The notes beneath the pieces are model-generated. The model had not been told where the DNA came from and ran no database searches. It saw only the letters and a list, made by a program, of their open reading frames with translations. From Eggerthellaceae bacterium (lineage in GTDB: Bacteria; Actinomycetota; Coriobacteriia; Coriobacteriales; Eggerthellaceae), in the NCBI GenBank assembly GCA_045629845.1, contig JAZQRZ010000212.1, forward strand, positions 1-62,136: 62,136 bases of DNA. The letters are read 5' to 3'. The position numbers and the translations under genes were made by a program. Of the stretch, positions 37,626 through 47,260 are shown one piece after another (positions within the stretch are counted from its first letter, which is position 1; every line of letters starts with the position of its first letter).

Positions 37626-38954
37626 TTATCGATCAGCCTCCACGCGCGCCGTTGACTTTACGCTTGATTCTGGAAGCGAACGTTCAATATCAGCGCCCAG
37701 GCGTTTTAGCTTGCCAACATAGTCTTCGTAACCTCGGTCGATATGATTAATCTTGTGAACACAGGTTTCGCCTTCGGCCACAATACCAGCCAAAACCAAA
37801 GAAGCGCCCGCACGCAAGTCAGTTGAAGAAACGGGAGCACCCTGCAAAACGCCACCACCGCGAATAAGCGAATGATGCTCTTCGATTTCGATGTGAGCAC
37901 CCATGCGTGCGAGTTCAGCTGCAAACATGAACCTGTTTTCAAATACATTTTCGGTAATGACAGACGTGCCGTCAGCACATGCAGCAAGCAACATAAACTG
38001 CGCTTGTAAGTCGGTGGGGAAACCTGGGTGAGGCAGCGTTTGAATTTCAACTGGCTTTAACGGTTCGGTGCGCGCCACCGTTACGTAATCGGGGCCTTCT
38101 TCAACCGAACAACCCATTTCGCGGAACTTCGCAATAGCCATGCGTAAAAACGAAGGATTAATACCGCGAGCAGTAACAGGACCGCCTGTAAGAGCACCAC
38201 CCACAAGGAATGTACCTGCTTCGATACGGTCGCCAATTGTTACGTGGTCGCAAGGATGCATAGATTCGAGCGGCACACCTTCGATACGGATGATTGACGA
38301 GCCAGCATCACGAACCTTTGCGCCCATTTCATTAAGCATATTTGCAAGGTCAACAATTTCAGGTTCACGCGCAGCGTTACCAATGATGGTTTCACCTTCG
38401 GCAACTACAGCAGCCATAAGCATGTTTTCGGTAGCACCCACACTGGGGAAATCCAAAGCGACCGAAGCACCTTGCAAACCATTTTCTGCTGTTGCCTTCA
38501 GATAACCGTGATCAATTTCAAAAGAAACACCCAGAGCCTCTAGACCACGAAGATGCATATCGATCTTACGCGCACCAATTTGGCAGCCACCCGGCATTGC
38601 AACGCGAGCCTGACCAAATCGTGCGATAAGCGGACCTAATACCGAAATGCTAGCGCGCATCTTCGATACAAGTTCATACGGCGTTTCATAAGAATTAACC
38701 GTAGAAGTATCGATAGACAGAACATGTTCATCGCGATCAGGACTTCCGTCACGAACAACAGTAGCCCCAAGACATTCAAGAACTTCAGACATCACTTCGA
38801 TATCGGAAATACGCGGAACGTTTCGAATAACGCTTTCGCCTTGCGCCAAAATCGAAGCCGCCATTAACTTGAGCGCTGAATTCTTAGCGCCCGAAATCTG
38901 AACGTCGCCCTTCAGCGTGTTATTGCCACGAACGACGATTACCTCATGTGCCAT
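37626..38954 (-). CDS. murA: UDP-N-acetylglucosamine 1-carboxyvinyltransferase
   Basis: [24 protein letters not shown] plus full-length EPSP-synthase-fold similarity. Confidence 0.95.
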   Translation of the reverse strand: MAHEVIVVRGNNTLKGDVQISGAKNSALKLMAASILAQGESVIRNVPRISDIEVMSEVLECLGATVVRDGSPDRDEHVLSIDTSTVNSYETPYELVSKMRASISVLGPLIARFGQARVAMPGGCQIGARKIDMHLRGLEALGVSFEIDHGYLKATAENGLQGASVALDFPSVGATENMLMAAVVAEGETIIGNAAREPEIVDLANMLNEMGAKVRDAGSSIIRIEGVPLESMHPCDHVTIGDRIEAGTFLVGGALTGGPVTARGINPSFLRMAIAKFREMGCSVEEGPDYVTVARTEPLKPVEIQTLPHPGFPTDLQAQFMLLAACADGTSVITENVFENRFMFAAELARMGAHIEIEEHHSLIRGGGVLQGAPVSSTDLRAGASLVLAGIVAEGETCVHKINHIDRGYEDYVGKLKRLGADIERSLPESSVKSTARVEADR

Positions 38955-39124
38955 TAAACACCTCTGTTGCTATATCAAAACGCGCCCCGCCGGTACATTT
39001 ACCCGTTGCGCGGCACGTGAACAATCTTGCTATAGGATAAATCATCCGCGCCAAACATCGTGCGATCGATGCATGTTGCACGAAAACTCCTACTGCATCC
39101 TACGCAAAGAAAAGCCCCTTGCCC

Positions 39125-39958
39125 CTATAGTTCTTGCACGATTTCGGTCACCAATTTGCAGAAGTCAGGCTGACGAAGCATTGCAACTTCGAATACCTCT
39201 TCATCGCTAGGAGAAGCACCTTCTATGCCGCAAGCCATATTCGAGCACAATGACATACCAAGCACACGCATGCCAACATGACGTGCAGCAATTACCTCTT
39301 CGCAAACACTCATTGCTACCGTATCGGCGCCCCATGAACGGAAGGCGCGTATTTCAGCAGGCGTTTCAAAGCTGGGCCCAAGTAAACCCAGATACACCCC
39401 TTCTTGCACGCTGATACCTTCACGCTTTGCAACTTGATGGGCTAAAGACCTTAATTCAGGGTCGTATGCATCTTTCATACTGAAGAAGCGGAATGCGATA
39501 CCATCAGGCTCGGTACCAACTACAGGATTGCGACCAGTAAAATTGATATGGTCGCTCATGATGCAGAAATCACCCACTGCATACGATTCATTAATAGCGC
39601 CAGCTGCGTTAGTAGTAATGAGGGTTGTAATACCGATTTCGTGCATGACCCACACAGGAAACGCAACCTCTTGCGAAGTATAGCCTTCGTAACCATGCAA
39701 GCGACCTTGCATCACAATGACGCATTTACCAGCAAGTGTGCCGCAAACAAACTGACCCACGTGACTTGTTGCAGTTGACTTTCTCATGTGTGGTATGTCG
39801 CCAAAAGGAACGGCAACAGCATTTTCGACTTGTTCAGCAAGAGGGCCAAGACCTGATCCTAAAATGATGCCAATTTCTGGTTGGCGCCCTTCAAGACGCA
39901 CCTTCAATCGCGATGCTGCTTCGCGCAAATTCTCTTTCAGGACATTTTCTTCAGCCAC
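39125..39958 (-). CDS. punA: purine nucleoside phosphorylase (trimeric PunA type)
   Basis: IGIILGSGLG, GRLHGYEGY and a typical PNP-I family C-terminus. Confidence 0.88.
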   Translation of the reverse strand: MAEENVLKENLREAASRLKVRLEGRQPEIGIILGSGLGPLAEQVENAVAVPFGDIPHMRKSTATSHVGQFVCGTLAGKCVIVMQGRLHGYEGYTSQEVAFPVWVMHEIGITTLITTNAAGAINESYAVGDFCIMSDHINFTGRNPVVGTEPDGIAFRFFSMKDAYDPELRSLAHQVAKREGISVQEGVYLGLLGPSFETPAEIRAFRSWGADTVAMSVCEEVIAARHVGMRVLGMSLCSNMACGIEGASPSDEEVFEVAMLRQPDFCKLVTEIVQEL

Positions 39959-40027
39959 GAAATCCTCCTATCGCTGAATCTTTCTTGGATGTATTAAAAC
40001 ACCAAACTGTGAAGAGAATAGGACTAT

Positions 40028-40576
40028 TTACCACGTGCCACGAGCAGAAAAAGAATTGTCATGCCATTCGACAAGCTGACCTGTTGCGCGCGTTGCGTTT
40101 AAATCAAGTATGCGCTGGTTAGAAGACCCACGAAAACGCGCTGAAATATCGTGAAGCTCTTCAACAAAAGGGCCATCAACAAGCACATCGATACAAGCAA
40201 GCACCCTATCGGTAACTTCGGTTCGGCGCGGACTAGCGGGGTCAGTTAATCCTTCGTAGGTATCACCCGTATACGCCCAGATAGTTTTTGCGGGATACGT
40301 TTCTTTTACCCGTTCAAGGAAAGTCACCAGCGCACGTTGATTAGCTGGTTCCATTGGTTCGCCACCAAGCACTGTTAGGCCATCAACAAACGCAGGCGCT
40401 AGGCTTTCAAGGATAGTATCTTCAACATCAGGCGTAAATTCTTCACCATACGCAAAATCCCATGTTTCTGGCTGAAAGCAGCCCTTGCAATGGTGCGTAC
40501 AACCAGAAACGAAGAGGGTGGTTCTTACACCCTCTCCGTCAGCAATGTCACAGTATTTGATGTTCCCGTAATACAT
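40028..40576 (-). CDS. nrdG: anaerobic ribonucleoside-triphosphate reductase activating protein (radical SAM)
   Basis: DGEGVRTTLFVSGCTHHCKGCFQPETWDF carries the CxxxCxxC radical SAM motif. Downstream of nrdD. Confidence 0.93.
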   Translation of the reverse strand: MYYGNIKYCDIADGEGVRTTLFVSGCTHHCKGCFQPETWDFAYGEEFTPDVEDTILESLAPAFVDGLTVLGGEPMEPANQRALVTFLERVKETYPAKTIWAYTGDTYEGLTDPASPRRTEVTDRVLACIDVLVDGPFVEELHDISARFRGSSNQRILDLNATRATGQLVEWHDNSFSARGTW

Positions 40577-40695
40577 CGTTAATCATTCTTTCACTAAGGG
40601 TTTCTGTGGAGCTTCGAATTGGCGCGAGAACCTGACAACGCGTACTTCGTTACGCGAGGGAAGTTCGCAGCGCCAAGGCTTGCGCCACAGGAAGC

Positions 40696-42918
40696 CTACA
40701 GGTGAAGGACGCGGTCTTTGATCTCCTCAGTACGACCCTGATTCCAGAATTGTGTTCCAATGTAACCACAGGTACGACGTGCGACGTTCATCTTGTCTTG
40801 GTTGCGATTACCACAGCTGGGGCATTCCCAAACCAGCTTGCCGTCGTCTTCAACAATCTGGATTTCGCCGTCGAAGCCGCATTCCTGACAGAAGTCGCTC
40901 TTGGTGTTGAGCTCGGCATACATAATGTTGTCGTAGATGTACTGCATAACTCGAATAACAGCCTGCAGGTTATCCTGCATATCAGGCACTTCGATGTAGC
41001 TAATAGCGCCACCCGGAGACAAACGTTGGAATTCAGATTCGAACTTCAACTTGGTGAAAGCATCGATTTCTTCGCACACATGCACGTGATAGCTATTGGT
41101 GATGTAGCCCTTATCCGTGATGCCCTTGATGATGCCAAAACGACGCTGCAACGACTTCGCAAACTTGTAGGTAGTCGATTCGAGCGGCGTACCATACAGC
41201 GAGTAGTCGATATTTTCTGCAGCCTTCCATTCGGCGCACTTGTCATTCATCTTCTGCATGACAGCCAAGGCAAACGGCGTAGCTTCAGTATCGGTATGCG
41301 AATGACCGGTCATGTACTTGACGCATTCGTACAGACCCGCATAGCCCAAGCTAATAGTGGAATAACCACCGTACAGCAGCTTATCAATCTTTTCGCCCTT
41401 TTCCAGGCGAGCCAAAGCACCATACTGCCAAAGAATAGGAGCTGCGTCGGAAAGCGTACCGCGCAGACGTTCGTGACGGCAGCGCAATGCACGATGACAC
41501 AGTTCAAGGCGCTCTTCGAAGATCTGCCAGAACTTATCCATATCGCCATAGCTGGAAAGTGCAACATCGGGCAGCGAAATGGTAACAACACCCTGGTTAA
41601 AGCGTCCGTAATACTTCGGCTTACCCGGTTCGTAATTGCCTGCATTTGACACATTGTCGAAGCCGTTACCAGAACGGTCGGGTGTTAAGAACGAACGACA
41701 ACCCATGCATGTATAGGTGTCGCCTTCGCCAACCTTTTCGCCCTTTGAAAGCTTGTATTCGCGCATCTTCTTTTCAGAGATGTAGTCGGGCACCATGCGC
41801 TTAGCCGTGCACTTTGCCGCAAGCTTCGTAAGGTAGAAGTACGGAGAATCTTCCGTAACGTTATCTTCTTCAAGCACGTAAATAAGCTTCGGGAATGCAG
41901 GAGTGATCCATACGCCTTCTTCATTCTTTACGCCTTCGTAGCGCTGACGCAGCATTTCTTCAATGATGACGGAAAGATCTTTCTTTTCCTGTTCGGATTT
42001 GGCTTCGTTCAGATACATAAACACTGTAATGAACGGAGCCTGGCCGTTGGTGGTCATCAGCGTAACAACCTGATACTGAATAGTTTGAACACCACGACGG
42101 ATTTCGTCGCGTACACGCGATTCAACAACAGCATCAAGCTTATCTGCGGACGGTTCGATGCCGCACATGTTCATTTCTTCGATAACCTGACGGCGAATCT
42201 TTTGGCGGCTAACGTCAACGAAGGGCGCAAGATGCGTAAGGCTGATAGACTGACCACCGTACTGGCAGCTAGCAACCTGAGCAATGATTTGCGTTGCAAT
42301 GTTGCAGGCAGTTGAGAAACTGTGCGGCTTTTCGATAAGCGTACCTGAAATAACCGTGCCGTTCTGCAACATGTCTTCGAGATTTACCAAATCGCAGTTG
42401 TGCATGTGCTGCGCAAAATAGTCGGCATCATGGAAGTGAATGTAGCCTTCCTTGTGCGCTTCAACAACATCGGATGGCAAAAGATTGCGCATGGTAAGGT
42501 CTTTTGAAACTTCGCCAGCCATATAGTCGCGCTGCACAGAAACAACGGTTGGGTTCTTGTTTGAGTTTTCCTGCTTAACTTCTTCGTTATTAGATTCGAT
42601 GAGTGCAAGAATCTGATCGTCAGTCGTATTCTTCTGGCGCTTCTGGTTTTGCAAGTAACGATAAATAATGTACTTACGTGCAACCTCGAAACGGTCAAGA
42701 CGCATGATTTCGTCTTCGACAAGGTCCTGAATTTCCTCAACCGAAACAGTATGGCCAGCAGCTTCACATTGATCTGCAACATTGGCAGAAGCGTACATAA
42801 TCTGACGTTCGGTCAGACGATCCGTTTCGGCAACTTCCGCATTTGCCTTAGCGATAGCGGCAGAAATCTTATTGATGTCAAAAGGAACTTCACTGCCATT
42901 GCGCTTGATGATCTTCAT
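40696..42918 (-). CDS. nrdD: anaerobic ribonucleoside-triphosphate reductase (class III)
   Basis: N-terminal ATP-cone, a C-terminal Zn ribbon (CQECGFDGE...CPSCGN) and the glycyl-radical motif (RRTCGYIG). Confidence 0.96.
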   Translation of the reverse strand: MKIIKRNGSEVPFDINKISAAIAKANAEVAETDRLTERQIMYASANVADQCEAAGHTVSVEEIQDLVEDEIMRLDRFEVARKYIIYRYLQNQKRQKNTTDDQILALIESNNEEVKQENSNKNPTVVSVQRDYMAGEVSKDLTMRNLLPSDVVEAHKEGYIHFHDADYFAQHMHNCDLVNLEDMLQNGTVISGTLIEKPHSFSTACNIATQIIAQVASCQYGGQSISLTHLAPFVDVSRQKIRRQVIEEMNMCGIEPSADKLDAVVESRVRDEIRRGVQTIQYQVVTLMTTNGQAPFITVFMYLNEAKSEQEKKDLSVIIEEMLRQRYEGVKNEEGVWITPAFPKLIYVLEEDNVTEDSPYFYLTKLAAKCTAKRMVPDYISEKKMREYKLSKGEKVGEGDTYTCMGCRSFLTPDRSGNGFDNVSNAGNYEPGKPKYYGRFNQGVVTISLPDVALSSYGDMDKFWQIFEERLELCHRALRCRHERLRGTLSDAAPILWQYGALARLEKGEKIDKLLYGGYSTISLGYAGLYECVKYMTGHSHTDTEATPFALAVMQKMNDKCAEWKAAENIDYSLYGTPLESTTYKFAKSLQRRFGIIKGITDKGYITNSYHVHVCEEIDAFTKLKFESEFQRLSPGGAISYIEVPDMQDNLQAVIRVMQYIYDNIMYAELNTKSDFCQECGFDGEIQIVEDDGKLVWECPSCGNRNQDKMNVARRTCGYIGTQFWNQGRTEEIKDRVLHL

Positions 42919-43051
42919 GAGTGCATCCCCTGTTCCGTATTTGCCCTATGTTTACGTAGTGTGTTCTCGTGAGAGTCGTCTATTTGGGGCGCAAACCCCC
43001 AAAACTGACACCGTAATAATACGACAATTTGGACAAAAAGGAAACCAGAAA

Positions 43052-43099
43052 ACACAATATCTTGTGTGGTTTTTGTTTTCCCACATCAATTTGTAGTGT
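43052..43099 (-). promoter_or_regulatory. two NrdR boxes upstream of nrdD
   Basis: Box 1 (43052-43067) is ACACAATATCTTGTGT, a near-perfect match to the acaCwAtATaTwGtgt consensus. Box 2 (about 43082-43099, CACATCAATTTGTAGTGT) is weaker. The box centres are about 31 bp apart. A TTTCCT-17-TATTAT promoter-like element lies just downstream. Confidence 0.75.
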
Positions 43100-43121
43100 T
43101 CTTGCAGGTCAGCCGCACAGT

Positions 43122-43149
43122 TGTGGAAAACCTTATGATGTTATCCACA
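43122..43149. promoter_or_regulatory. two inverted DnaA-box 9-mers
   Basis: TTATCCACA at 43141-43149 is a perfect consensus match. The reverse complement of 43122-43130 is TTTTCCACA, with 1 mismatch. Confidence 0.55.
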
Positions 43150-43191
43150 GACCGTTCGCCGCCGCTTCAAACCATCTGCATGCATAACGAC

Positions 43192-43216
43192 CAAAAGCTC
43201 GCTCTTTGAGCGAGCT
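43192..43216 (-). terminator. intrinsic terminator after the FTR-like gene
   Basis: AGCTCGCT-caaag-AGCGAGCT followed by UUUUGG on the minus strand. Confidence 0.7.
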
Positions 43217-43241
43217 GAAGCAACGCTATTACATACAGAAA

Positions 43242-43445
43242 CTAGTCTTCGAGAGATTTGTAGTACAACAAGCAGTGGCAAAAGCCTTCAAATTCAGGGT
43301 CTTTTATTTGGTCGCGGAATTCTTTGCACATGCACTTCGTATCATCGGTGCGTTCGATGCGACACGGACAATAACCACCGGTGCGTTCAAGACCTTCTTT
43401 TATCGTAGCAACGATTTCCTCATCAGGGTTGTACGAAATTTTCAT
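43242..43445 (-). CDS. ferredoxin:thioredoxin reductase catalytic-subunit-like protein (67 aa)
   Basis: The CPC...CxC...CHC pattern (GGYCPCRIERTDDTKCMCKEFRD...GFCHCLLY) is typical of FTR catalytic chains. The start is trimmed to MKISYNPDEE. Confidence 0.75.
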   Translation of the reverse strand: MKISYNPDEEIVATIKEGLERTGGYCPCRIERTDDTKCMCKEFRDQIKDPEFEGFCHCLLYYKSLED

Positions 43446-43715
43446 TGCGCACCTTTCGTCGGGGTTTTTACTAAGCATTTATAGTATCAACAAACAGCTG
43501 AAATAATGTGCCGACATGGTGATGTGACACCAGCTTGTAAATATTCTGGTAGAATTCCCGCCGATGAGAAAACTTCCGGGTAAATATTAGCAATACCCAA
43601 AACCCACCACATGGGGCGGGGCCGTTGTGCCTTGTCCCATGTTTCATGTTCTCGTTTAATCACGAACTTTCGCGTTACACGACCTGTGCGCGCAACGCAT
43701 TAAGAGGAGGAAACT

Positions 43716-44798
43716 ATGGCAGACACCAGCATGCGAGAAAAACTTGAAAAGATAATTAGCGCTTACGAAGACCTGCAAGAAAAGATGGGCGATCCCGCCG
43801 TTCTTGCTGATCAGAAGGAATATAACCGCTTGGCTAAGGAATACGCAAACCAGGGCCCCCTTGTTAAGCAGGCTCGTGCATATGTTCAGGCTGAAAACGA
43901 TTTAGCTGAAGCAAAAGAAATGCTAAACGATGCCGACATGAAGGAATTCGCACAGGAAGAAATCGCACGTATCGAAAGCGAGCTTCCTGGCATCGAAGAA
44001 GAAATCAAGTTCATGCTGATTCCGGTCGACCCTGCCGATGAAAAGGACATCATCGTAGAAATCCGCGGTGGTGCTGGCGGCGACGAAGCAAAAATCTTTG
44101 CAGGCGACCTGTTCAAGATGTATGAACGCTTCGCTGGCGAAAAGAAGTGGAAGATTGAACTTTTAGACGTAATGCCTTCCGAAGCAGGTGGCTACAGCGA
44201 AATCTCGTTCAAGGTTAAGGGCGACAAGGTATATTCGTTCATGAAGTTTGAATCGGGCGTACATCGCGTACAGCGCGTACCGAAGACCGAATCCCAGGGT
44301 CGTATTCACACCTCGACCGCTACAGTAGCTGTTTTGCCTGAAGCTGACGAAGTTGAAGTTGAAATCAAGAATGAAGACTTGCGCATCGACGTATATCGCG
44401 CTGGTGGCCCGGGTGGTCAGTGTGTTAACACCACCGACTCAGCTGTGCGTATTACCCACCTTCCCACAGGCCTGGTTGTTCAGTCGCAGGACCAGAAGTC
44501 ACAGCTGCAAAACAAGATTGCCGCTATGGCTGTTCTGCGTGCACGCCTGTATGAAAAGATGCTGGCTGAACAGCGTGAAGCTGAAGGTGCTGAACGTCGT
44601 GCCCAGGTTGGTACAGGCGACCGTTCCGAAAAGATTCGTACCTACAATGGCCCGCAGGATCGCGTAACCGATCACCGCATTGGCTACAACGGTACGTACA
44701 ACGGCGTTCTGCTTGGCAGTGGCGGCAATGGTCTTTCCGAGCTGATTACTGCCCTTCAGGCCGCTGAACGCGCCAAGAAACTGGAACAAGCAGTGTAA
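43716..44798 (+). CDS. prfA: peptide chain release factor 1
   Basis: GGQ motif ([25 protein letters not shown]) and full-length RF1 similarity. AGGAGG RBS. Confidence 0.96.
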   Translation: MADTSMREKLEKIISAYEDLQEKMGDPAVLADQKEYNRLAKEYANQGPLVKQARAYVQAENDLAEAKEMLNDADMKEFAQEEIARIESELPGIEEEIKFMLIPVDPADEKDIIVEIRGGAGGDEAKIFAGDLFKMYERFAGEKKWKIELLDVMPSEAGGYSEISFKVKGDKVYSFMKFESGVHRVQRVPKTESQGRIHTSTATVAVLPEADEVEVEIKNEDLRIDVYRAGGPGGQCVNTTDSAVRITHLPTGLVVQSQDQKSQLQNKIAAMAVLRARLYEKMLAEQREAEGAERRAQVGTGDRSEKIRTYNGPQDRVTDHRIGYNGTYNGVLLGSGGNGLSELITALQAAERAKKLEQAV

Positions 44799-44848
44799 AG
44801 TAGAAAAGGACCAAGTCCTTTTCTACGCGCTTTATACAGAGGCAATAA

Positions 44849-45814
44849 TTGACCGACGATTTGTGGACAGTTAAACGAATCCTGGAATGGATTGAAGGTT
44901 ACCTTGCTCAGCATGGTGACGATAATCCGCGCGTCTCTGCTCAATGGTTGGTAAGTGAAGCGCTGGGTGTATCGCGCATGCAGCTTTTCTTAGATGCGCA
45001 GCGCCCTCTTTCCGAAGACGAACGTGCAACTCTACGAGACTGGACGCGCAGACGCGGCGCTGGCGAACCTTTGCAATACATTACGGGTGAAGCCGCGTTT
45101 CGCCACATTACCGTTAAAGTGCGTCCTGGCGTACTAATTCCCCGCCCCGAAACCGAAGTATTGGTAAGCGAAGCATTAGCTTTGCTGCCAGCAGCACCAA
45201 AACCCCAAGATGAACTTGATACCAAATTGCTTCGCCAATACGCAGAACTTGGTGGCGATATCGAAGCCGAAAATGTTACCCAAAGCACGAACGAAGCCCT
45301 ACTTGTTGCTGATATCTGCACAGGATCGGGGTGTATCGCCTGCTCAATTGCTGTAGAGCATCCTGCAACTAAGGTAATCGCAACCGATATCTCTCCTGAC
45401 GCAATTTCGCTTTCAAAAGAAAATGTTTCAACACTTAACCTTGTAGAACGCGTTAATGTCATTGCGTGCGACCTTGGCGAAGGAATCGACTCATCGTTAA
45501 TGGGTTCGTTTGATTTAATTGTTTCAAACCCACCCTATATTCCTACCGAAGTCTTGAATGACATTCCTGAAGAGGTATCTGAATTCGAGCCGAAGCTTGC
45601 TCTTGATGGTGGTCCCGACGGACTTGATATTTACCGTCGACTTATCAGCTGGTGTTCAAAAGCACTTAAGTCAGGTGGCGCTTTCGCTTTCGAACTTCAT
45701 GAAACCTGCCTTGATGCTGCTGCAGCCGAAGCTGAACAAGCTGGCTTTAGTGATGTTCGCATCGTTTACGACCTAGCCAATCGACCTCGCATCCTAACTG
45801 GTAAGAAAATGTGA
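44849..45814 (+). CDS. prmC: release factor glutamine N5-methyltransferase
   Basis: NPPYIP motif and a SAM motif (DICTGSGCIA). Downstream of prfA. TTG start. Confidence 0.9.
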   Translation: MTDDLWTVKRILEWIEGYLAQHGDDNPRVSAQWLVSEALGVSRMQLFLDAQRPLSEDERATLRDWTRRRGAGEPLQYITGEAAFRHITVKVRPGVLIPRPETEVLVSEALALLPAAPKPQDELDTKLLRQYAELGGDIEAENVTQSTNEALLVADICTGSGCIACSIAVEHPATKVIATDISPDAISLSKENVSTLNLVERVNVIACDLGEGIDSSLMGSFDLIVSNPPYIPTEVLNDIPEEVSEFEPKLALDGGPDGLDIYRRLISWCSKALKSGGAFAFELHETCLDAAAAEAEQAGFSDVRIVYDLANRPRILTGKKM

Positions 45815-45845
45815 TAAGGATCCCCTTTACTCTTAAGGAGCAAAC

Positions 45846-46472
45846 ATGCTGTTCGTGCTGACTGGAAACATTCAAATTGGCAAAACCCGTTGGCTCGAAA
45901 GCATGATTAGCGAACTACAAGATAAAGGTGTTGCCTCTTATGGCGTCATAGCCCCAGGCGTTTGGATTGACCGACGCAACGACAGCAACCCTTCTTCTTT
46001 TGTTGATGCAAATGGTTTCGAAAAGACAGGCATCGATAACGTTCTGCTGCCCAATCAAACACGAATTCGATTTGCAACACGAAAAGATATCGCGGTAAGT
46101 TCCAATTCGTTCAATGAAAACAACCAAAGTGCCCGTGCCGGATTAGGTTGGCATATTAGCGACAGCGCTATTCAACAAGTCAACAGCCACTTCAAACAGG
46201 TAGAGACCAATATTGCATCAGAAACAAAACCAGCACTCCTTATTGTCGATGAACTTGGCCAGCTAGAACTTGCTCGCGGCGGCGGTTTAACTGAAGCAGT
46301 TTCACTCCTAAAATCGGGCCCCTACCCTGCAGTTCAGCATGTGCTTATTGTTGTTCGCGAAACGCTTCTGCCCCTTTTGGAAGGGAAATTTGATAATTGG
46401 GGTGAAGTAGTTTTAATTGGACCCAACGACGAATCGCGCCAAGCAATCCTTGATGCATTCAAGCTTTCTTAG
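45846..46472 (+). CDS. P-loop NTPase, THEP1/DUF2478-like
   Basis: Walker A-like LTGNIQIGKT and Walker B LLIVDELGQLE. Confidence 0.55.
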   Translation: MLFVLTGNIQIGKTRWLESMISELQDKGVASYGVIAPGVWIDRRNDSNPSSFVDANGFEKTGIDNVLLPNQTRIRFATRKDIAVSSNSFNENNQSARAGLGWHISDSAIQQVNSHFKQVETNIASETKPALLIVDELGQLELARGGGLTEAVSLLKSGPYPAVQHVLIVVRETLLPLLEGKFDNWGEVVLIGPNDESRQAILDAFKLS

Positions 46473-47260
46473 CTGTGTTCGACTTTATCAATTAAAGGAA
46501 CACACACGCGCACGCGATCATCGTGAAGTGAATTCACCTCGACATCGACATTGTAAATCTTGCTGATTAGCTCGGCCGTAATCGTATCTTTCGGCGAGCC
46601 ATACGCAAGCACATTGCCTTCATGCAATACCAAGGTTTTATCTGCGTATAGGAAAGCCTGGTCTGGCTGATGTGTCGACTGAATAATAGTTAACCTATCT
46701 TGTTTTGCAAGCTGACGCACACACGAAAGCACACGTACGGTGTTGCCGTAATCTAGAGCAGATGTTGGCTCGTCCATGATGATAGTGCTTGCGTTTTGCG
46801 CAAGAGCACGAGCTATCAACACAAGCTGCTGTTCACCGCCCGAAATGCGTGTATACGGGCGTTCAGCAAGAAACGCAATCCCTACGCGTTCAAGCGCTTC
46901 GTAAGCACGATTTACATGAGATTGTCGCGGCGAGAAAAAGGCCCCCGAACCTGCCCCTGAGCTCATAAGCACAACGTCAAGAACAGCGTAATCATAGATT
47001 GGCTTATGCGACTGAGGAATAAAAGCCATCTCGCGAGCACGTTCTTTAATACAAAGCTTACTGATATCTTTTCCATTCACAGTTATCGTGCCTGAATAAG
47101 ATCGATTTAACCCCAATATGCAGCGGAAAAGCGTTGACTTTCCCGTTCCATTCGGGCCAAGCACATTAACCAACGTGCCTTCTTCTACATCGAAAGAAAT
47201 GTCATTCAAGACCTTGTGAGGCCCATACGAAAACCCGAGATGTTCAACACGTACGCTCAT
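46469..47260 (-). CDS. ABC transporter ATP-binding protein (FecE/BtuD-type)
   Basis: Walker A (GPNGTGKST), the signature sequence (ISGGEQQ) and Walker B (IIMDEPTSALD). Confidence 0.92.
   Translation of the reverse strand: MSVRVEHLGFSYGPHKVLNDISFDVEEGTLVNVLGPNGTGKSTLFRCILGLNRSYSGTITVNGKDISKLCIKERAREMAFIPQSHKPIYDYAVLDVVLMSSGAGSGAFFSPRQSHVNRAYEALERVGIAFLAERPYTRISGGEQQLVLIARALAQNASTIIMDEPTSALDYGNTVRVLSCVRQLAKQDRLTIIQSTHQPDQAFLYADKTLVLHEGNVLAYGSPKDTITAELISKIYNVDVEVNSLHDDRVRVCVPLIDKVEHS

Noticed and set aside
40702-41649. 315-aa plus-strand ORF
   Set aside because: It is antisense to nrdD, whose minus-strand reading frame is unambiguous (glycyl-radical motif and ATP-cone).
43122-43149. Replication origin
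   Set aside because: There are only two DnaA boxes, no dnaA, dnaN or gidA-type neighbours, and no AT-rich unwinding element. I interpret the boxes as regulatory instead.
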